NCBI GenBank assembly: GCA_046758705.1
Contig: JBHIAT010000068.1
Coordinates: forward strand, 1-17,364
From: Candidatus Bipolaricaulia bacterium
GTDB taxonomy: Bacteria; Bipolaricaulota; Bipolaricaulia; JBHIAT01
Length of the DNA stretch: 17,364 nucleotides
Reading direction: 5' to 3'
In this document: in pieces, positions 11,884-17,364 of the stretch
How the letters are laid out: each line of letters starts with the position of its first letter
Position numbering within the stretch: the stretch's first letter is position 1
The notes under the pieces: generated by a model
The model's input: the letters and a program-made list of their open reading frames with translations, nothing else
Told to the model about the DNA's origin: nothing
The model's database searches: none
Program-made: the position numbers and the translations under genes

Positions 11884-11916
11884 ATCGGGCGCTCAAGTAT
11901 AAAAGCCCGATTTTTT
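11884..11916 (+). terminator. Candidate intrinsic terminator after PilX-like gene 1
   Basis: ATCGGGC (11884-11890) / GCCCGAT (11905-11911) followed by a T run. The 14 nt loop is long. Confidence 0.4.
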
Positions 11917-11919
11917 GGG

Positions 11920-11925
11920 TATAAT
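11920..11925 (+). promoter_or_regulatory. -10 element upstream of the riboswitch and gene 2
   Basis: Perfect TATAAT about 30 nt upstream of the aptamer; no clear -35. Confidence 0.45.
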
Positions 11926-11954
11926 TGTTAGTGAAGCCTAAAGACCGTCCACGA

Positions 11955-12032
11955 CATCCACGACAAAGGCAAATCTACCGAAAGGTGGGGACGCAAAGCC
12001 GCGGATCCGAAAGGATAGCCGGGCTGCCGAAG
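11955..12032 (+). ncRNA. Cyclic di-GMP-I (GEMM) riboswitch aptamer
   Basis: AAAGGCAAA-TCTACC-GAAA-GGTGGG-GACGCAAAGCC-GCGGATCC-GAAA-GGATAGCCGGGCTGCCGAA matches the GEMM consensus: GGCAAA, P2 with GNRA loop, GACGCAAAGC, P3, GCTGCCG. Confidence 0.93.
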
Positions 12033-12192
12033 GAGGTAGCTATCGGTTCCAAAAGGATTCTGCGGATCATTATAGAGCTGACAGACCCCCGCCACAGGGA
12101 CAGCCAGCTATCGAAAAACTATACAATCCGCCTTTGCATACTCTTCCCAACACAGCTCCTGGCGTCGCAGTTGCAGTTGTGGAAGGAGGATC

Positions 12193-14391
12193 ATGATGCG
12201 CATCGGTCAGGATGAACGGGGCCTAGCGTTGGTGTTGACGATGTTCTTCATGCTGCTGGTCATGGTGCTCGGCAGCGGTTACCTTTACACGGCCATTAAC
12301 GGCCAGCGGTATGTTATCTTCATCCAGGACAGCGAGGCGGCTGTGTACAAGTCCAAAGCCGGCCTGCGCCGGACAGAGCTGCACCTGATACAGCAGATCG
12401 GCAACCTGTCCTCGGAGAAGATCGCCGCCCCCAATTGGATCCCCTCCGCCTACCAGACCCAGGGATACCTGATAAGGAGTGAGATCCAAAGCGGTGACCA
12501 GCTGCTGGAGGCGGACGTGTTCGTCTTGGCAAACGGGACCGTGTACACCTTGATCTCCCGAGGAGAGCACCGGGGAGCAGAGCGGGTCATCGTCGAAACG
12601 ATCCAATTAAACGGTGGAGTGAATTCGCTGGCCTACTACAACCTGTTCCAGAACTCCAACAGCATGCCGGCTAAGTTCGGTGGCTACTCCATCTGGTTCG
12701 TCCCCGGTGACTCGTTCACCGGCCCGGTCCACATGAACGCCGAGGGTGGCGCTTCTGATCGCATCCGCATCATCACCGATGATAATAATGGGAATCTGAT
12801 CGACTCCCCAGTCTTCTTGGGCGAGGTGACCACCGTCAAGAATGAAGTGCGCCTCCGTACCGATAGCCGTGGCGACAACATCTATCGTTACCAGGCGTCC
12901 CCTCCCAACAGCTACGACCTGATGGAGGACGAGCTTCCCGACTGGAAAGATACGATCTTCCAAGGGGGGATCAGCTATCTCGACCAGCCGCTGGCGATGA
13001 TCCAACAGTCTCAGACCGGCAGCGACTTCGATGCGATGAAGCGGGAGGCGGTGCGCCGGGGAACGATCCTGCCCGAGTATCGGGTGGTGGTTACCTCGGT
13101 GGGAAGCGATATAACCGAGACCCCGACGTTTAGCTACTGGAAGTACACCGGCTCCCAGACGACCCAGATCGCCGGGGACAATCCCTACGACCTGGGCCAA
13201 ACCTCAGAGGTTCCATCGTTGCTGGTCAACGGCTACCAGTTCTATAAGATCGAGGACAACGCTCAGGTGTGGGTCAACAATCCGAGCGACCCGCAATCGA
13301 AGGTGGAGGTGGAGAAACGCAAGTTCGACTGGCCGTTCTACTGGCTCGCCGACTACTACGTGCGGGCGACCGACATCAGCTGGTTCGAGGAGCTTGGTTC
13401 GCTGGAGGAGCTCAACACCGAGCTTCAAGCGGCCGGATTTGAGCAGGAGATCGGCCCTGGGGCAGACATCTCCAGTCCGAGAGGGAATCTGTGGATTCGA
13501 CCTCCGGCTCTCAGTGCCAGCGGCCAGACGGAGCGGATCGAGGTCGAACCGATCGAGCAGTGGAAGATCGTCTTTGAGGATGACGAGTTCAGCCTGTACT
13601 ACACCCCTCAGACCCCCGATTACACCATCTGCACCCGTTGGAGGCGTGGAAGGTGCACGTCGACAGTGGACTACGGAGAACCCCATCCGGGCAACGACGG
13701 CGGGGATACCGACTCCAATGATCCCAGCTGGGTGCGGGTGACGGCGGCGAACAACACCTGGGGGATCCAGACGGGGTTGCAGGCATCTACCGGTGGCGCG
13801 GGCGGCAACGAGCTGATCTACTTCTCCAACAACCTGTATGTCGAGGGAATCATCAGTGAGTCGGCGTCGGTGATCACCGAGGATCACCTGTACCTGGGGA
13901 ACGGCGGGGAGGGGGTGCGCTACCGGTATCTGGTCGACCATCCGGAGATCGACGTTCACAACTTCAATCCGGACGATCATCCCGACTTCGACTACTATCT
14001 GGGGATGATCGCGCGCGGGGATATCATCATCAGCCAGTACTTCAACGGTACGGACATCGACATTCACGGGTCGCTGCTGGCCGCCGAGGGGAGTTTTTGG
14101 TACAGCCTCTACAACCAGGACTTGGCCGCAGCTCATGACCAGATCGAGCTGTTTGGGGGATTAGCCCAGGACAGCCGAGGTCCGGTGGGGATGACGAACG
14201 GGAAGGGGTTCATCAAGGACTATGTATATGATGAACGGCTATGGCCCGGGACAGCGGCAAGAATAGGGGGCCAGGTGACCGAGGTGAGGAGGGGTCCGCC
14301 GGCCTATCCACTGGTGAAGTCCGGGAATATATCCGATCCGACGATCCGGCCGGTGATCAACATCTTCATCTTCGGATGGATGGAGCAATAA
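12193..14391 (+). CDS. Large PilX-like minor pilin, copy 2 (paralog of 9654-11837)
   Basis: DERG|LALVLTMFFMLLVMVLG prepilin-like N-terminus; core identical to copy 1; AGGAGG RBS at 12184-12189, so ATG 12196 may be the true start. Confidence 0.72.
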   Translation: MMRIGQDERGLALVLTMFFMLLVMVLGSGYLYTAINGQRYVIFIQDSEAAVYKSKAGLRRTELHLIQQIGNLSSEKIAAPNWIPSAYQTQGYLIRSEIQSGDQLLEADVFVLANGTVYTLISRGEHRGAERVIVETIQLNGGVNSLAYYNLFQNSNSMPAKFGGYSIWFVPGDSFTGPVHMNAEGGASDRIRIITDDNNGNLIDSPVFLGEVTTVKNEVRLRTDSRGDNIYRYQASPPNSYDLMEDELPDWKDTIFQGGISYLDQPLAMIQQSQTGSDFDAMKREAVRRGTILPEYRVVVTSVGSDITETPTFSYWKYTGSQTTQIAGDNPYDLGQTSEVPSLLVNGYQFYKIEDNAQVWVNNPSDPQSKVEVEKRKFDWPFYWLADYYVRATDISWFEELGSLEELNTELQAAGFEQEIGPGADISSPRGNLWIRPPALSASGQTERIEVEPIEQWKIVFEDDEFSLYYTPQTPDYTICTRWRRGRCTSTVDYGEPHPGNDGGDTDSNDPSWVRVTAANNTWGIQTGLQASTGGAGGNELIYFSNNLYVEGIISESASVITEDHLYLGNGGEGVRYRYLVDHPEIDVHNFNPDDHPDFDYYLGMIARGDIIISQYFNGTDIDIHGSLLAAEGSFWYSLYNQDLAAAHDQIELFGGLAQDSRGPVGMTNGKGFIKDYVYDERLWPGTAARIGGQVTEVRRGPPAYPLVKSGNISDPTIRPVINIFIFGWMEQ
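12979..14207 (+). repeat. Direct repeat copy B of 10437-11665
   Basis: See copy A. Lower-identity homology extends over about 12211-14528 versus 9669-11980. Confidence 0.92.
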
Positions 14392-14542
14392 TCTCAGTAT
14401 AACCACACCTCTCAAATTTACTCCCCATCTGTGATCAACTCAGGCGTTTGTATAGAGCTACAGTTTTGTGGGCAAAATATAGCTGAATAGAGCCCAAAGG
14501 CACATCCGCGACGAAGACAATCCCACCGGGGAGGACTGTGAT

Positions 14543-15634
14543 ATGAGGGGCACCGGTCGAGATGAACAGGGCCTGGCGCTGGTGATGACCATCTTCTTTG
14601 GGATGTTATGCCCGGTGTTAGGGATCACCTTAATGTACGTGACGCTCAACAGCCAAATGACCGTCACCCTCACTCAAGACAACGAAACAACGTTTTTTAA
14701 GGTCTTATCAGGATTGAAACGTAGTGAGCTTGCCATCGCTCAGGAGGTGTTAATATCGCCATCGGATCTCTCCGATCCCTCAGCCGATTGGTCCTGGCTC
14801 CCGGAGGCGTACCAAACCACGGGGTATATCCTGGAGAGCCAAGGTCAGGGACAAAGTCAGGTGAAATCCGTTCAGATGTTGGACGCCGATGTGTTCATTA
14901 TCCAGCAGGAGCTCAATGCCTACCAGATCATCTCGCGGGCTGAGTTTCGGGGGACGGAGCGGATCCTATTCGAGAACATCAACTACTTTAGTTCGGTTAT
15001 CGATCTGTTGTTCTCGGCCGCCGTCGCCGCCGATGAGGACGGGGGCATCCAAACACAAGGCAGTGTCACCATCAACGGGGATACGATGCTGTTGCCGGAA
15101 CTCCCCCCGATCATCGAACCGGCAACCTATGACCACGACAACACCGGGACGACCCTCAACTTCAGCACCACGCTCTCCGATGACAACGGCGATGCCAGCC
15201 AGCCGACCACCTACTTCTACGATGAGGTCGACTTAGGCGGCAATGATGCGGTTGACGTCCAGGGACACGTCCGGCTGTTCGTGAACGATGTGACCATGAA
15301 AGGAAATTCAATACTCGGCCGCTGTTCCGGTGAGACGGACATCTCGGCCACCGGTGACTGTTCGTTGATGGTCTACGTCCTGGGGTCGTCGGGGGCGTTT
15401 AAGATCTTATCGGGGACTCCCGATATGCGCGGGATGATCTATGCGCCGGAGATTACCGTGGACGCGAGCGGGAGCCCTACGATCTACGGATCGTTGGTGG
15501 CGTTCGCAGTCACACTGAAGGGGAATACGGAGGTGAACTACGATCCGGATCTGGCAGAGATGTTGGATGACATCGGGGTCACGGAAATCGAATTCGAACC
15601 GGGATTTCAGATCTTAAGCTGGGGAGAGATTTGA
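14543..15634 (+). CDS. PilX-like minor pilin, gene 3, with a different Gly/Asn/Val-rich putative beta-solenoid C-domain
   Basis: DEQG|LALVMTIFF; N-domain homologous to copies 1 and 2 (PEAYQTTGYIL, LDADVFI, ISRAEFRGTERI); C-terminal GMIYAPEITVDASGSPTIYGSLVA...GNTEVNYD...SWGEI; GGAGG RBS. Confidence 0.72.
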   Translation: MRGTGRDEQGLALVMTIFFGMLCPVLGITLMYVTLNSQMTVTLTQDNETTFFKVLSGLKRSELAIAQEVLISPSDLSDPSADWSWLPEAYQTTGYILESQGQGQSQVKSVQMLDADVFIIQQELNAYQIISRAEFRGTERILFENINYFSSVIDLLFSAAVAADEDGGIQTQGSVTINGDTMLLPELPPIIEPATYDHDNTGTTLNFSTTLSDDNGDASQPTTYFYDEVDLGGNDAVDVQGHVRLFVNDVTMKGNSILGRCSGETDISATGDCSLMVYVLGSSGAFKILSGTPDMRGMIYAPEITVDASGSPTIYGSLVAFAVTLKGNTEVNYDPDLAEMLDDIGVTEIEFEPGFQILSWGEI

Positions 15635-15697
15635 TCTTCCGGGTCTCTGGATGTCTCCGTCCTCTGAGGAAGCCATAAGCAAGCGCATCTTCCCCGA

Positions 15698-16948
15698 TCA
15701 GATCTCCTCTAGTGCGTGGCACAGGTCGTCGATGAGGTCCTCTGGATCTTCGATGCCCACCGAGAAACGGATGAGCGCGTCGCTGATCCCCATCCGTGCC
15801 CGTTGCTCCGGTGTGTACCGGTGGTAGGACATCAACGCCGTCTGCTCAACCAGGCTCTCCACCCCGCCGAAGCTCGAGGCGATATATGGGATCTGCAACG
15901 CGTCGACGAATCGATCCACATCTCGGCCGGTATCGGCCAGCTCAAAGCTGACCACCCCGCCGAAACCGCGCATCTGTCGTCGGGCAACCCGATGATGGGG
16001 ATGGCTCTCCAAGCCGGGATAGTAGACCCGTTTGACCTTAGGATGGCCTTCCAGAAACCGCGCGATCCGCAGCGTGTTTTCGTTATGACGCTCCATGCGG
16101 AGCGCGAGCGTCTTCAGGCCCCGGATCAGCAGGTAAGCACCGTGCGGATCGGGCGCCCCTCCCAGGATTGCCTGGGTCCCTCTGATCTGATCGATCAACT
16201 CGTTCGAGCCGACGACCAGTCCGGCCATCAGATCGTTGTGGCCGCCCAGGTATTTGGTAGCGCTGTGGACCACCAGGTCGACTCCGAAGTCGAGCGGCCG
16301 CTGGTTGTAAGGGGTGGCGAATGTGCTGTCCACGACGGTCCAGATGCCGTATCGCCTTCCGATTGCGACCAGCCGTTCGAAGTCCAGCAGGTTCAAGAAC
16401 GGGTTGGTCGGGGATTCCGAGAAGATCACCCGGGTGTTCTCGGTCACGGTGGTCTCGATGGCCTGGTAATCGGCCATTGCAACCGTTGAGACCTCAACAC
16501 CGAAGCGAGGCAGCAGATTCATCGCAAACTCGCGCGTCTGTTTGTAGCACTCATCGGTGAAGATCGCATGATCACCGGCAGAAAGCAGCGCGATTAACGT
16601 CGTGGTGACCGCCGCCATCCCGGTCGGAAGCAACAGTGCTGCCTCTCCACCCTCGAGCGCCGCCACCTTCCGCTCGACCGCCTTCTGGGTGGGGTTGCCG
16701 TACCGGCCGTACTTCTCCCGATCGATCTCCCCATCCATATAACGCTGGAGCTCCTCTGTGTTCTGGAATGCGTAGGTCGCCGTCTGAAACACAGGAACGG
16801 GCAGGGAGTTCTCGGACTTGATCCGCTGTTCGCCGCCGTGGACCGCGACGGTCGAATGCCTGCGCTTTCGGCGGTCCGTCGTCGAGTCGGTGTCGGCTTC
16901 GGCTCGCTCGGCTGCAGATATGATAGCCTGGTCCTTGGAATCGGTCAT
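15698..16948 (-). CDS. metB: Cys/Met metabolism PLP enzyme, most like cystathionine gamma-synthase
   Basis: [40 protein letters not shown] (PLP lysine), [32 protein letters not shown]. Specificity (synthase, lyase or sulfhydrylase) is uncertain. Confidence 0.8.
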   Translation of the reverse strand: MTDSKDQAIISAAERAEADTDSTTDRRKRRHSTVAVHGGEQRIKSENSLPVPVFQTATYAFQNTEELQRYMDGEIDREKYGRYGNPTQKAVERKVAALEGGEAALLLPTGMAAVTTTLIALLSAGDHAIFTDECYKQTREFAMNLLPRFGVEVSTVAMADYQAIETTVTENTRVIFSESPTNPFLNLLDFERLVAIGRRYGIWTVVDSTFATPYNQRPLDFGVDLVVHSATKYLGGHNDLMAGLVVGSNELIDQIRGTQAILGGAPDPHGAYLLIRGLKTLALRMERHNENTLRIARFLEGHPKVKRVYYPGLESHPHHRVARRQMRGFGGVVSFELADTGRDVDRFVDALQIPYIASSFGGVESLVEQTALMSYHRYTPEQRARMGISDALIRFSVGIEDPEDLIDDLCHALEEI

Positions 16949-17180
16949 AGGAACCTCCTTTTTTTCGGTTTTCGGCTTGAACGCGAGTGAAAAATATAAA
17001 GGCGGCTAGATACATGAAGTCTCCCCGAAGGGAGACATCATCATGGCAACGGAGAAGGCTGAAATTAGAGAAAGCCTAAAGGAGAAGGAGAGGGAGGATG
17101 TGACCCGGTTCACTACACTGAGATCTGAATAACTACAGATTCCATTCCCAATGTCATCACCTGACTCCTGGTTTTGGACC

Positions 17181-17209
17181 ATTATACTCGAGTCACCCCC
17201 CGTTGTCAA
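17181..17209 (-). promoter_or_regulatory. Consensus sigma70 promoter driving the leader and metB-like gene
   Basis: Minus strand TTGACA (17209-17204), 17 nt spacer, TATAAT (17186-17181): a perfect consensus match. Confidence 0.85.
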
Positions 17210-17290
17210 GATGTTGGAGAACAAGAGATCTGAAGTTTTGACATAAGAGCTATGCACCTATCACAGGGAGCTTCAGCCATACTTGCAAAA

Positions 17291-17362
17291 TCATGCTCTT
17301 GGAAGTCCCCTAGCGTAGCGTTTGTGCAACCAGCGGTCGAACCGTTCATATCGGCGAAAAAG
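17291..17362 (-). CDS. Possible 3' end of an upstream gene (…LFRRYERFDRWLHKRYARGLPRA*)
   Basis: Frame open from the window edge to TGA at 17293-17291. Another frame is also open to 17206, so the call is ambiguous. Confidence 0.25.
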   Translation of the reverse strand, partial: LFRRYERFDRWLHKRYARGLPRA

Positions 17363-17364
17363 CA

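Noticed and set aside
11925-12215. 96 aa ORF between pilin genes 1 and 2
   Set aside because: It overlaps the riboswitch, starts with TTG inside the -10 element, has no RBS and shows no protein-like features.
9654-14391. Diversity-generating retroelement (TR/VR pair) as the explanation for the repeat
   Set aside because: Differences are not adenine-specific, both copies are full ORFs, the repeat is kilobases long and there is no reverse transcriptase in the window.
16949-17180. SAM-I/SAM-II riboswitch or T-box
   Set aside because: No AUC..GAG...GCAACC...GUGC core and no GGUGGNACCGCG T-box sequence visible.
17006-17257. 83 aa minus-strand ORF as a real gene
   Set aside because: It spans the consensus promoter, has low-complexity Ser-rich composition and no convincing RBS. 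Only its MMM tail is noted as a finding.

Overview
GC-rich bacterial chromosomal segment. The left part is mostly housekeeping: a TPR/peptidase-MA-like membrane-anchored protein, yceD (DUF177), ruvC, polA, an orphan MalK-like ABC ATPase, a class V PLP aminotransferase, a MIP aquaporin, osmC and a short TolB-like lipoprotein. The first ~155 nt look like the end of an IS200/IS605-superfamily element. The most notable region is 9654-15634, a tandem array of three PilX-like (type IV prepilin N-terminus) genes. Genes 1 and 2 are a tandem duplication with a ~1.23 kb core that appears identical and diverged ends. Gene 3 keeps the shared pilin-like N-domain but has a different C-domain. A c-di-GMP-I (GEMM) riboswitch precedes gene 2, probably followed by a decayed second aptamer, and a truncated relic of the same aptamer precedes gene 3. 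At the right end a cystathionine gamma-synthase-like gene has a perfect sigma70 promoter and a ~225 nt structured leader in which I recognise no SAM or T-box element. All calls are by eye; no searches were run.
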